Shown here in pieces: positions 10,077-19,276 of a stretch of DNA of 64,000 nt; positions within the stretch are counted from its first letter, which is position 1, and each line of letters opens with the position of its first letter. Origin of the DNA: Faecalibacterium sp. (lineage in GTDB: Bacteria; Bacillota; Clostridia; Oscillospirales; Ruminococcaceae). Below the pieces are notes generated by a model, which saw nothing but the letters and a program-made list of their open reading frames with translations, was not told the DNA's origin and searched no databases. A program made the translations under genes and the position numbers. The stretch lies in assembly GCA_044426225.1 (NCBI GenBank), contig JAWXUQ010000001.1:46173-110172 (forward strand). The letters run 5' to 3'.

Positions 10077-11495
10077 ATGAATGTTTTATATGTTACCTCA
10101 GAGGCAAATCCGTTTGCAAAATCGGGCGGACTAGCTGACGTTGCAGGCTCGCTGCCAAAGGCACTGGTTGCCGATGGCATCGAAACCCGTGTGGTTATGC
10201 CCCTGTATGGCGATTTAAAAGGCAAAGATAAACTGACGTACCTAACGAATTTCTCGGTGCCAGTGGGTTGGCGCAGCCAGTACTGTGGTGTTTTTACCGC
10301 AGTAGAGGGCGGTGTGACCTATTATTTCCTCGATAACGAATATTATTTCGACCGCAAAGGCTTATACGGTTTTTATGATGATGGCGAACGCTTTGCTTTC
10401 TTTAGCCGTGCCGTGCTAGAAATGCTATTTTGCATTGATTTCGCACCAGACATCCTAAACTGCAATGACTGGCAGTCGGGGCTTGTGCCGGTTTATCTAA
10501 ACCTATACTATCGCCACTTAGATAAATTCAACAAGCTCAAAACCGTCTTTACCATCCATAACATTGCGTATCAGGGTAAATACGGTCTGGAAGTGCTAGA
10601 AGAAATCTGTGGAATTAGTCGCCGCGACCAACACCTTGTTGAATACGATGGCTGCGCAAACTTTATGAAAGGCGCCATTGAATGTGCCGATAAAATCACC
10701 ACTGTTAGCCCAACCTATGCGGGTGAAATCCTTGACCCATGGTTTAGCTATGGGCTAGATGGCTTGCTCAAGGAAAAACAGTACAAACTGTGCGGTATTC
10801 TCAACGGCATTGATTACGAAACCAATGACCCAGAAACTGACCCCGCCTTGGCAAAGAATTACAGCGCCAAAACGGTGGCAAAGGGCAAACTTGTTTGCAA
10901 AGAAACATTGCAAGATAAATATGGCCTAGAAAAAGATGGCAGCCCTGTCTATGGCATGGTCAGCCGCCTTGTGGGCATGAAAGGCTTTGACCTTGTGCGC
11001 AGTATCGCAGACGGTCTTGTCAGCCAAGGCATTCAGCTTGTGGTGCTAGGCACTGGCGAGAGCGAGTATGAGCATTATTTTAGTGAGCTTGCTGCCAAGA
11101 ACCCGGGTCGTGTGGGTGTTACCATCGGCTTTGATGTCAAACTAGCGCAGCAAATCTATGCCGGGTCTGATGTATTCGTCATGCCTTCTAAGAGCGAGCC
11201 TTGTGGGCTTGCCCAGATGGTATCCTGTCGCTATGGCACCATCCCCATCATCCGTGAAACGGGCGGGCTAAAAGATTCTATTCAGGATTGCACGCTTGGC
11301 ACTGGCAACGGCTTTACCTTTGCACAATACAATGCACATGATTTATTTGGTGCGTGTGACCGTGCGCAAAAAGCATTTGAAAAACCAAAAGATTGGGCAA
11401 ACCTTGTGCAGTATGCAATGCGTTGTGATTTTAGCTGGAGTATCTCCGCCAAGAGCTACGCAGGGCTATACAACGAAGTGATGTACCTGTGGTAA
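10077..11495 (+). CDS. glgA: Glycogen synthase (ADP-glucose type, GT5)
   Basis: Contains MNVLYVTSEANPFAKSGGLADV..., the KTGGL-type motif and C-terminal GT-B motifs. GGGAGG lies 5 nt upstream of ATG 10077; GTG 10074 is an alternative start. Confidence 0.95.
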   Translation: MNVLYVTSEANPFAKSGGLADVAGSLPKALVADGIETRVVMPLYGDLKGKDKLTYLTNFSVPVGWRSQYCGVFTAVEGGVTYYFLDNEYYFDRKGLYGFYDDGERFAFFSRAVLEMLFCIDFAPDILNCNDWQSGLVPVYLNLYYRHLDKFNKLKTVFTIHNIAYQGKYGLEVLEEICGISRRDQHLVEYDGCANFMKGAIECADKITTVSPTYAGEILDPWFSYGLDGLLKEKQYKLCGILNGIDYETNDPETDPALAKNYSAKTVAKGKLVCKETLQDKYGLEKDGSPVYGMVSRLVGMKGFDLVRSIADGLVSQGIQLVVLGTGESEYEHYFSELAAKNPGRVGVTIGFDVKLAQQIYAGSDVFVMPSKSEPCGLAQMVSCRYGTIPIIRETGGLKDSIQDCTLGTGNGFTFAQYNAHDLFGACDRAQKAFEKPKDWANLVQYAMRCDFSWSISAKSYAGLYNEVMYLW

Positions 11496-11539
11496 ATCGC
11501 GATCGAGTGACAACTGGATAAATAAATTAAAATAAAAAA

Positions 11540-11598
11540 AGAGCGCTTTTGCGGTTCCATCTTTTATGAAAAGGGTGGAAGGCAAAGTGCTCTTTTTG
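11540..11598 (+). terminator. Rho-independent terminator of the glg operon
   Basis: A long imperfect hairpin (GAGCGCTTTTGC...GCAAAGTGCTC) followed by TTTTTG. Confidence 0.7.
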
Positions 11599-11698
11599 TT
11601 ATGGCTTGATAGACAAATTGTGTGATAAAAAGGAGTGTGCTTTGTCAGTGCGAAAAGGAGGAATTTGGCGCGATTAGAAGATAGGATAAAAATTTTTT

Positions 11699-12298
11699 TT
11701 AAAACATCTCGGTGCTCTTGGTAGTGTTATAAATTAACAGGCATTCGCGCTTTTCGATATCGCCCAAACTGTAATAATATCGCCCAGTTTGGTTCATCTG
11801 GTCAAAGTGAATGCGGCGGTTATGGCTGCAAGGGGTATCGGTGATGGTTTGGATGGTTTTCTTGCGAATGGGGTTATCTAGGTGATATGGATCCCACGCA
11901 TAGACATGAGTATCATCTGCTTTGGTAATCAAAATATAATGTCCCGTGCCAAGTAAACAGCGCACAATTGCCACTGCGCCGTTGTCAAGGGCAATGTTTA
12001 ATTTGCTGTCTTTTCCCAAGAAAATATCGTTAGGATGTAAGTTTTTGCAATAAACGGGGAAGCCGCACTGCTGATTGTATTCGTTCAGCCACTTGCCAAT
12101 GAAGCGCAATGCTGCGGCACTGGTGCCCTTTTGCCCACTGCGCCCTTTTGAATCGCAAGAGTCCATGGTGTAATTAAAGACGGCTTTTATCATGGATGGC
12201 TGAATTTGTTTGCGTGAAAATTGTACACTCAATGCGTTGAGCATGCTAATCGGTCCGCAATCGTATTCTGAAATTTGATAGTTAAGTGGCACTGGCAT
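11699..12298 (-). CDS. Papain-fold cysteine peptidase, C39-like (stand-alone, no signal peptide)
   Basis: An N-terminal 'QISEYDCGPISMLNAL' places a Cys in a C39-like context, and a downstream 'GTGHYILI' supplies a His. There is no ABC-transporter fusion. Confidence 0.5.
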   Translation of the reverse strand: MPVPLNYQISEYDCGPISMLNALSVQFSRKQIQPSMIKAVFNYTMDSCDSKGRSGQKGTSAAALRFIGKWLNEYNQQCGFPVYCKNLHPNDIFLGKDSKLNIALDNGAVAIVRCLLGTGHYILITKADDTHVYAWDPYHLDNPIRKKTIQTITDTPCSHNRRIHFDQMNQTGRYYYSLGDIEKRECLLIYNTTKSTEMF

Positions 12299-12371
12299 AA
12301 TTCGGCTCCTTTTTACATTAATCGCAAAAAGAATTATACGAAAAAACTGGGGTATTTGTCAAGAATAAACA

Positions 12372-12401
12372 TTGACAAAATGGGCACTTTTGCCGTATAA
12401 T
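12372..12401 (+). promoter_or_regulatory. Strong sigma-A promoter (TTGACA, 18 nt, TATAAT) followed by a leader of about 190 nt
   Basis: TTGACA at 12372-12377 and TATAAT at 12396-12401. The downstream CDS starts at 12596. Confidence 0.6.
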
Positions 12402-12595
12402 TACAACGTTTTTATACAGGAGTTATCCAATGGCTTTTTTGCGACCGCGATACGCGGACACTTTGGGAGAAACAAAGTGCTGGCAATACGTAAAAAACAG
12501 TCACGCAAAGCGAAATAGAGCGCTTTGTGTGGCATAGAGATAACGCAACTGGAAACAATGACAAACCAAGTACAAACCCTCAGGAGAAACAAAAA

Positions 12596-14254
12596 ATGAA
12601 AAAAATCTCTCGTCGCAGTTTTTTAAAAGGCATGGGTGCTACTGCAGCCACTTTATCCGCAACTAGCCTATTGACCGCATGTGGCAGCACCAGTTCTTCT
12701 GGTGATGCTTCTAGCACAAGTGACGCAACCACCACGACAACTACAAGCAGCGATGTGATCAATATTGCATCTACCTCTACCCTTGGCAGCCTAAACCCAT
12801 TGCTGATCGATGCAACCTGGATCAACATGTATGCCATGACCCTTATGTTCAACCCACTTGTTGCCCTCAACGAAGAGGCTGAATTTGAGGCAATGCTAGT
12901 GGATAGCATCACCACAGATGACAACTTAACCTATACCCTGCATATCAACGATGCAGCAACCTGGAGCGATGGTACTCCTATCACTTCGGCTGATTTGGAA
13001 TACACCTTTAAAATGTTAACTAGCGCTACCGTGGGCAACCTAACCATGATGATGTATGCTCTTGTTGGCACTGATGATGCCACTGGCTACCGTGCAGATG
13101 GGGTAGAAGATTTAGAAGGCTTCCAGATTGTGGATGACAAAACCGTCACCCTAACCTTCAAATGGGAAATCAACCCAATTAGCTTCCAGACAAGCTACGC
13201 AATGTATATCTTCCCCGTGCCTGCTCACGTGCTCAGCGAAGTGCCTGAAGCTGACCTTGCTACCAGTGATTGGTTCAGTGCACCTACCGTGGTATCGGGC
13301 CCTTACATGGCAACCGCAGTAGATGCCAACAACTATATCACCTATACCGCCAATGAAAACTACTGGATGGGCGCACCTAAAGTGTCGAGCCTTAACATTA
13401 AAATCGTAGAGGGTGCACAGTTGCTCAGTGGTTTGACCAGTGGCGAAATCGACGTGGTACCACCCCTACTTGCTTCTTTTGTGCAGAGCGATTACGACAG
13501 CGTGCTTGCGCTTGAAAATGTAAATGCTGCCTATGGCGATGCCTATGCGGTTGAAAACATCTTCATCAACTGCAACACCGTGCCAGAAGTAGAAATCCGC
13601 CAAGCAATGCTATGTGCACTTGACCGCAATGTCATCATCGATGGCTTACTCGGCGGCGCAGCTGATTTGTGCGATGGCTTTGCAGTGCCTGCTGGCCCTT
13701 ACAACCGCGATTTGCCTGTGACTGCTTATGACGTTACCCGCGCACAAGAGCTTGTTGCCACTGCAACTGCAAACGGTTGGGATCCAAGCACCACCTATGA
13801 GTTATACCTCAATGGTGGCGAAGATACTTTGATTAACGCAGCAACCATCGCACAGACCTATTGGGCAGCAGCGGGCATTAACGTCAACCTCAACACGGTT
13901 GATATTGATACCCTCATGACCATGTGCATCGAAGGTAGCGGCGACATGTACGGTGTACAGTATACCTACCCACCAATGGATCCTGCACAGGTTGATATCT
14001 CTTGGGTACTAGATTACTGGTGCTTCTATGAGTCTGACGTTGTGCCTGACGCACTTGCCAATATTTGGGCAACCAGTGACCCAGACGTATATGCAGATGA
14101 GTTATACAAGATTGACGCTGATGTACAGGAAAATGTGCCTCTGATGGTGCTTTACGTCAACGGTCCTCTTGGCGCAGTGGCAAATCGCGTTTCGGGCGCA
14201 ACGGCAAACATGTACGGCTGCCTCAACAACGTGCACGAATGGGAAATCGTTTAA
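12596..14254 (+). CDS. ABC transporter substrate-binding lipoprotein, family 5 (Opp/Dpp/Nik-type)
   Basis: Begins MKKISRRSFLKGMGATAATLSATSLLTAC|GS (Tat-like n-region plus a lipobox), followed by a Ser/Thr linker. Family-5 SBP length and context, with the D, F, B and C genes downstream. Confidence 0.85.
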   Translation: MKKISRRSFLKGMGATAATLSATSLLTACGSTSSSGDASSTSDATTTTTTSSDVINIASTSTLGSLNPLLIDATWINMYAMTLMFNPLVALNEEAEFEAMLVDSITTDDNLTYTLHINDAATWSDGTPITSADLEYTFKMLTSATVGNLTMMMYALVGTDDATGYRADGVEDLEGFQIVDDKTVTLTFKWEINPISFQTSYAMYIFPVPAHVLSEVPEADLATSDWFSAPTVVSGPYMATAVDANNYITYTANENYWMGAPKVSSLNIKIVEGAQLLSGLTSGEIDVVPPLLASFVQSDYDSVLALENVNAAYGDAYAVENIFINCNTVPEVEIRQAMLCALDRNVIIDGLLGGAADLCDGFAVPAGPYNRDLPVTAYDVTRAQELVATATANGWDPSTTYELYLNGGEDTLINAATIAQTYWAAAGINVNLNTVDIDTLMTMCIEGSGDMYGVQYTYPPMDPAQVDISWVLDYWCFYESDVVPDALANIWATSDPDVYADELYKIDADVQENVPLMVLYVNGPLGAVANRVSGATANMYGCLNNVHEWEIV

Positions 14255-14276
14255 CGGAGTGTAACGCGAACCTATG

Positions 14277-14306
14277 TAAGGGCGCGCTGTGGTCGCCCGC
14301 AAGGGT
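14277..14306. repeat. REP-like palindromic element (GGGCGCGC-TGT-GGTCGCCCGCAAGG)
   Basis: A member of the hairpin family also seen at 33468, 37743, 37796, 37840, 62380 and 63706. Confidence 0.75.
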
Positions 14307-14319
14307 GACACCATTTTAT

Positions 14320-14368
14320 GATATCGCACCCACAGGGATGGCATTTTGCGCTGTCCCTGTGGGATATC
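14320..14368. repeat. Second intergenic hairpin (GATATCGCACCCACAGGGA ... TCCCTGTGGGATATC)
   Basis: A stem of about 15 bp between the SBP and ATPase genes. The CCCTGTGGG(G)AT..GCGTC motif recurs at 33413-33445. Confidence 0.6.
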
Positions 14369-14408
14369 GTCATCTAGGAAAAGCAAATAGAAAGAACAGG
14401 AAAAGCCA

Positions 14409-15398
14409 TTGGAGCATTTACTAGAGGTAAAAAACCTCGAAACGACCTTTACAAGTGACTTTGGTGCAAGTGCAGCGGTAGATCGGATTAGCTATTATGT
14501 CAATCCCGGTGAAACTGTCTGCCTTGTGGGAGAAAGCGGCTGCGGCAAAAGTGTGTCTAGCCTTTCTTTGCTGCGCCTTCTTGCGCGCAATGGCGCGGTG
14601 ACGGGTGGTGAAGTGCTGTTTGAAGGGGTCGATTTGCTGACCCTTTCGGACAAAGCGCTTGATAAAATCCGTGGCAGCTGCCTGAGCATGATTTTCCAAG
14701 ATGCGCTTTCCAGTTTAAACCCTGTCTTTACCATTGGCAACCAAATTGTCGAAAGCATTCGCGCCCATACTGACCTAACCCGCAAAGAGGCAGAGGCACG
14801 TGCGGCAGATTTGCTTGAAAAGGTAGGTGTTGCTGACCCAGTGGCAACCCTTAAAAAATATCCACACACCCTTTCGGGCGGGCAGCGTCAGCGCGTTATG
14901 ATTGCGCTGGCGCTTGCTTGCAGTCCGAAACTTTTGATTGCGGACGAACCCACCACCGCCTTAGATGTTACCATCCAAGCCCAGATTATGCAGCTGCTCA
15001 AAGAGTTGCAGGCAGAAAATGGGATGAGCATTCAGCTGATTACCCATGACATCGGTCTAGTGGCCCAGATGGCAGACCGTGTGCTTGTGATGTATGCGGG
15101 GCAGATTGTGGAACAGGGCGAGGTGCGCGATGTATTCAAAGCGCCTGCCCACCCTTACACCCGCGCCCTGCTTGCCAGTGTGCCCGATTTGCCTGACAAC
15201 GGCGGTCGCCGTCTCGTGTCCATTCAGGGCAGCGTGCCAGAGCACTATCAGTTTATCACTGGCTGTCGCTTTGCCTCGCGCTGCCCCCATGCCGCAGAGT
15301 TTTGCGCCCAACCGCAGGGGATGGTGCCACTCGGCAATGGGCATGCCGCGCGTTGCTACCTAGCCATGCCAAACGCAAAAGCAGAAGGGGAGGTGTAA
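14409..15398 (+). CDS. Oligopeptide/dipeptide ABC transporter ATP-binding protein (OppD/DppD-like)
   Basis: Walker A GESGCGKS, signature LSGGQRQR, Walker [13 protein letters not shown] and the C-terminal oligo_HPY extension. TTG start. Confidence 0.9.
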   Translation: MEHLLEVKNLETTFTSDFGASAAVDRISYYVNPGETVCLVGESGCGKSVSSLSLLRLLARNGAVTGGEVLFEGVDLLTLSDKALDKIRGSCLSMIFQDALSSLNPVFTIGNQIVESIRAHTDLTRKEAEARAADLLEKVGVADPVATLKKYPHTLSGGQRQRVMIALALACSPKLLIADEPTTALDVTIQAQIMQLLKELQAENGMSIQLITHDIGLVAQMADRVLVMYAGQIVEQGEVRDVFKAPAHPYTRALLASVPDLPDNGGRRLVSIQGSVPEHYQFITGCRFASRCPHAAEFCAQPQGMVPLGNGHAARCYLAMPNAKAEGEV

Positions 15399-15399
15399 G

Positions 15400-16407
15400 A
15401 TGAGCAAAGAGCCATTGCTCCGTGTGGAGCACCTTACCAAAAACTATCCCATCAAGGGTGGTATTTTAAACCGCACCGTTGCACAGGTACATGCGGTAGA
15501 AGATGTCAGCTTTACCATTGAGGCAGGCACCACCCTGGGGCTTGTGGGCGAAAGTGGCTGTGGCAAAAGCACCATCGGTCGCCAGATTGTAGGGCTAGAA
15601 CAGCCCACAGCGGGTAAAATTTTATACCAAGGGCGTGATTTGAATGCCCTGTCAAAGCAAGATATGCGCGGCATTCGCACCGAATTGCAGATGGTATTTC
15701 AGGATAACTATTCTGCCCTCAACCCACGCAAGCACATCTATGAAATTTTGGCAGAACCAATGCTCTACCATGGCATTGCCACCAAGGCAACCGTGAATGA
15801 TGAAATCAATCGCCTGCTTGAGTTGGTTGGCTTGCCCAAGGGCAGCAAAAGCCGTTACCCGCACGAATTTTCGGGCGGGCAGCGCCAGCGCATCGGGATT
15901 GCCCGCGCACTCAGCTTAAAGCCGCGCCTAATCGTCTGTGACGAGCCTGTTTCCGCGCTTGATGTTTCTATCCAAGCACAGATATTAAACCTTTTTTGGG
16001 ATATTCAAGAGCAGCTAGGCATTGCCTATCTGTTCATTGGGCATGGGCTTGCGGCGGTCAACTATGTGTCTGACCGTATAGCCGTCATGTATCTGGGGCA
16101 GCTGATGGAAATTGCAGATGCAGATGAACTCTTTCGCAACCCATTGCACCCTTATACCAATGCGCTTTGTGCTGCAGCACCCTCGCCAGACCCAGACAAA
16201 GCACGCGCCACGCATGTTATTCTTGGCGGTGAGGTAGGCAGCGCCCTTGCGCCACCACCTGGTTGCCATTTTGCACCGCGTTGCCCCTATGCAACGCCCG
16301 CATGCAGCGCAGCAATGCCACAGTTGCAGCCCATTGCACCCGGCAGTAGCCATCTGGTTGCCTGCCCCTTTGCGCTCAGCCAAGCAAAGGAGAATGCCCA
16401 TGTTTAA
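15400..16407 (+). CDS. Oligopeptide/dipeptide ABC transporter ATP-binding protein (OppF/DppF-like)
   Basis: Walker [10 protein letters not shown], signature FSGGQRQR, Walker B LIVCDEPVSALD and a C-terminal Cys-containing extension. Confidence 0.9.
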   Translation: MSKEPLLRVEHLTKNYPIKGGILNRTVAQVHAVEDVSFTIEAGTTLGLVGESGCGKSTIGRQIVGLEQPTAGKILYQGRDLNALSKQDMRGIRTELQMVFQDNYSALNPRKHIYEILAEPMLYHGIATKATVNDEINRLLELVGLPKGSKSRYPHEFSGGQRQRIGIARALSLKPRLIVCDEPVSALDVSIQAQILNLFWDIQEQLGIAYLFIGHGLAAVNYVSDRIAVMYLGQLMEIADADELFRNPLHPYTNALCAAAPSPDPDKARATHVILGGEVGSALAPPPGCHFAPRCPYATPACSAAMPQLQPIAPGSSHLVACPFALSQAKENAHV

Positions 16408-17347
16408 ATATATCATCAAGCGTATTCTCATTGCTATCCCAGTGCTCTTTGGCATTACCGTTATTGACTATGCTCTGTGTAGTATGGCGGGCAGCCCGCT
16501 TGCCATGCTCCAGACCGCCCGCGTGACCGAAGAAGCCCTTGCCCTCAAAGAGGCGGCGCTTGGGCTTGATCAGCCGGTTTATATCCAGTATTTCCTCTGG
16601 CTCAAAGAGATTGCAGTGGGCAACCTTGGCACAAGCTATAAAACCTATCAGCCAGTCAGTGAGATGATTGCTGCTTGTGTGGGACCAACACTGCTGCTCA
16701 TGGGGGTTAGCTTCCTTGTCAGCTTGCTGATTAGCTTGCCTGCGGGGATTTACAGTGCAACGCACCAGTATTCTAAGGGCGATTACACCGTGGTCGGCGC
16801 GTCCTTCCTCTTTTCGAGTGTGCCGAGCTTCTTTTTATCCCTTGTACTGATTTTTATCTTTACTGTCTGCCTAGGGTGGCTGCCATCTTCTGGCATGACG
16901 ACGCTTGGCACAGATGGTGGCTTTTGGGATGTTGCGGCGCACATGGTTATGCCGGTCAGCGTCCTTGCCATTGGCATGGCGGGGGTAAACATCCGTTATT
17001 TCCGCAGTGCTATGCTAGAGATTTTACAAAAAGATTATCTGCGCACCGCCCGTAGTAAGGGCATTGGTCATTTCTTGGTGGTGTACAAACATGCACTGCG
17101 CAATGCTTTGCTAACCGTTATCACGGTGCTAGGCATGCAAATTCCAGTGCTGTTTGGTGGCGCCTTTATTGTCGAGCAGGTCTTTAGTTGGCCAGGGCTT
17201 GGCTTAATGACCATGAGCGCCATCAGCAATAAGGACTATCCTGTGATTATGGGTGTTTGCCTGTTCTCGGCGGTGGTGGTGCTGATTGGCAACCTGTTGA
17301 CCGATATTCTTTATGCGGTGGCTGACCCCACCATTCAACTGAAATAA
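16400..17347 (+). CDS. ABC transporter permease (OppB/DppB-like)
   Basis: Begins MFKYIIKRILIAIPVLFGITVI and carries the BPD_transp_1 EAA loop (YLRTARSKG). AAGGAG lies 7 nt upstream, and the CDS overlaps the upstream stop by 8 nt. Confidence 0.9.
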   Translation: MFKYIIKRILIAIPVLFGITVIDYALCSMAGSPLAMLQTARVTEEALALKEAALGLDQPVYIQYFLWLKEIAVGNLGTSYKTYQPVSEMIAACVGPTLLLMGVSFLVSLLISLPAGIYSATHQYSKGDYTVVGASFLFSSVPSFFLSLVLIFIFTVCLGWLPSSGMTTLGTDGGFWDVAAHMVMPVSVLAIGMAGVNIRYFRSAMLEILQKDYLRTARSKGIGHFLVVYKHALRNALLTVITVLGMQIPVLFGGAFIVEQVFSWPGLGLMTMSAISNKDYPVIMGVCLFSAVVVLIGNLLTDILYAVADPTIQLK

Positions 17348-17357
17348 GGGGGCGCAG

Positions 17358-18302
17358 ATGTTTATGACAAGAAAAAATCTGCGTGATGAAGCGGCAAAAA
17401 ACGCAGATTTTGCAAAAAAAGCAGCCGAACAGGCAAAATGCCGCGCTGAAATCCCCGAAAACGAAACCTATTTACAGACGGTTTGGCGCCGTTTTAAGCG
17501 CCACCGCCTTGCCATGGTTAGCTGTGGGGTGCTTGCGGTGGTCATCATTGCGGCACTGCTAGCACCATGGATTGCCCCATATAGCCCTACTGAGATTACA
17601 GGGCAGTTTACCGCCGCACCAAGCAGCGAACACTGGCTTGGCACCGATGCTGTTGGGCGCGATGTTCTCAGCCGCTTGCTCTATGCCACCCGTGTGAGCC
17701 TCTTGGTTGGCGTTTTGACCGCACTGGTGTCTACTGCCGCCGGTGTGGTGCTCGGGCTATTATCGGGCTATCTAGGCGGTGTGGTGGATATGGTCATCAT
17801 GCGCATCACCGATATGGTGATGAGTTTCCCCTATATCTTGCTCGTGTTGGTGGCAGCGTCCATCTTTACCCCGGGGCTTTGGTCAATTGTTTTGATTTTG
17901 GGCTTTGTGGATTGGCCAGGGGTTGCCCGCCTTGTGCGCGGCAATGTGCTCAGCCTGCGCGAAACCAATTTCGTGAAAGGCAACCAGATTGCGGGCATGC
18001 CCAAAGGGTATATTTTGTTTAGCGAAATCCTGCCCAACACCCTTGCCCCTGTCCTTGTCTATGCCACAAGCGTTATGGCGCTGAGTATTCTGGATGAAGC
18101 TGCGCTTTCGTATATCAACCTTGGAATTCGTCAGCCAGATGCCTCCCTTGGCAATATGCTCAACGGCGCGCAAAGCCTAACGGTGCTGACAAGCATGCCT
18201 TGGCTTTGGGTTCCACCCGGTGTGGTGCTGATTTTAATTGTGGTCGCGATTAACTTTATCGGCGATGCTCTGCGCGATGCCGTAGACCCCACGACAACCT
18301 AA
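17358..18302 (+). CDS. ABC transporter permease (OppC/DppC-like)
   Basis: An OppC N-terminal region followed by BPD_transp_1 (LGTDAVGRDVLSRLLYATRVSL...). It is the last gene of the operon. Confidence 0.9.
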   Translation: MFMTRKNLRDEAAKNADFAKKAAEQAKCRAEIPENETYLQTVWRRFKRHRLAMVSCGVLAVVIIAALLAPWIAPYSPTEITGQFTAAPSSEHWLGTDAVGRDVLSRLLYATRVSLLVGVLTALVSTAAGVVLGLLSGYLGGVVDMVIMRITDMVMSFPYILLVLVAASIFTPGLWSIVLILGFVDWPGVARLVRGNVLSLRETNFVKGNQIAGMPKGYILFSEILPNTLAPVLVYATSVMALSILDEAALSYINLGIRQPDASLGNMLNGAQSLTVLTSMPWLWVPPGVVLILIVVAINFIGDALRDAVDPTTT

Positions 18303-18333
18303 GCAAAGGGTGGCTCATTTTATTCGAACATTA

Positions 18334-18424
18334 AAAAAGCTGCCCCCTCACAGGGGCGGGCGCATGCGAACACATTCTTGTGTTTTGCGCGCGCTTGCCG
18401 TCTGTGAGGGGGCAGCTTTTATTT
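18334..18424. terminator. Bidirectional terminator (15-bp outer stem GCTGCCCCCTCACAG / CTGTGAGGGGGCAGC)
   Basis: An A-run precedes the stem and a T-run follows it. It sits between the convergent oppC-like and udk genes. Confidence 0.8.
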
Positions 18425-18470
18425 TGTGGGGGTGCTGCCTAGGGTAATCGCTCTTTTGTGTGATAAAAAA

Positions 18471-19097
18471 TCAATCGTTGCAGTGCAGCAGGTGCTTTTC
18501 TAAATAGCCATGAATGAGGTGCTGTGCCGCGGCATTTTCGCCGCCCTGTGGCACGATAAAATCAGCTTTGCGCTTGCTTGGCTCTACAAAGGCATCGTGC
18601 ATTGGTTTTACGGTGGTCAAATATTGACTGATGACACTGTCTAGGGTGCGCCCGCGTTCCTTCACATCCCGCAAAATGCGGCGCAGAATGCGTTCGTCTG
18701 CGTCTGTGTCTACATATACTTTCAAGTCAAACAAATCGCAGAGTGCGTCATTTTCAAACAGTAAAATGCCCTCAACCAAAATAATGGGCGCAGGGGTCAT
18801 CGGTAGGGTTTGAACTGCGCGGTTATGCATGGTATAATCATAGGTAGGACATGCAATGGCACAGCCCGCCTTTAGCTGTTTGAGCTGCTCAATTAATAGG
18901 GCAGTGTCAAAGGCATCCGGGTGGTCATAGTTTAGGGCACTGCGTTGCTCATAGGTCAGCTCATCGTGCTGTTTGTAATAAAAATCGTGCGAAATAAGGC
19001 GAATGTCCTCTACGCCAAAGCAATCGCGTAAGCGATAGGCGAGGGTGGTTTTGCCGCTGCCAGAGCCGCCGGCAAGCCCGATGATAATGGGGGTCAT
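18471..19097 (-). CDS. udk: Uridine kinase
   Basis: Begins MTPIIIGLAGGSGSGKTTLA (P-loop); length and motifs match the uridine/cytidine kinase family. Confidence 0.9.
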   Translation of the reverse strand: MTPIIIGLAGGSGSGKTTLAYRLRDCFGVEDIRLISHDFYYKQHDELTYEQRSALNYDHPDAFDTALLIEQLKQLKAGCAIACPTYDYTMHNRAVQTLPMTPAPIILVEGILLFENDALCDLFDLKVYVDTDADERILRRILRDVKERGRTLDSVISQYLTTVKPMHDAFVEPSKRKADFIVPQGGENAAAQHLIHGYLEKHLLHCND

Positions 19098-19169
19098 AAG
19101 ATGCCTCCTAAATAACAGTGCGAATATAAGTGCGATTACAGCATTTTACCATATATGAGTGAAAAATGC

Positions 19170-19211
19170 AAATTGAAAGAGGCGCCCATCGATGGGCGCC
19201 TCTTTCAATTT
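19170..19211. terminator. Perfect palindromic hairpin (AAATTGAAAGAGGCGCCCATCGATGGGCGCCTCTTTCAATTT)
   Basis: Located in the 179-bp spacer between udk (whose start codon lies on this side) and the response-regulator gene (whose 3' end lies on this side). It most plausibly terminates the HK/RR operon. It lies just inside the udk-side edge of the low-GC block, which is taken to begin at about 19250. Confidence 0.75.
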
Positions 19212-19276
19212 GAGAAAGTTTGTATTGATGGGACTAGGCGGTTGTCGTTTTAAAAGTTGTGTTCGCTTTGAATGTC

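Noticed and set aside
12480-12560. The motif ACGCAAAGCG in the SBP leader, which resembles the conserved ACGCAAAGC of c-di-GMP-I (GEMM) riboswitches.
   Set aside because: The other GEMM hallmarks (GGCAAACC, a tetraloop and receptor, paired P1/P2 geometry) are not evident. A single 9-mer is insufficient.
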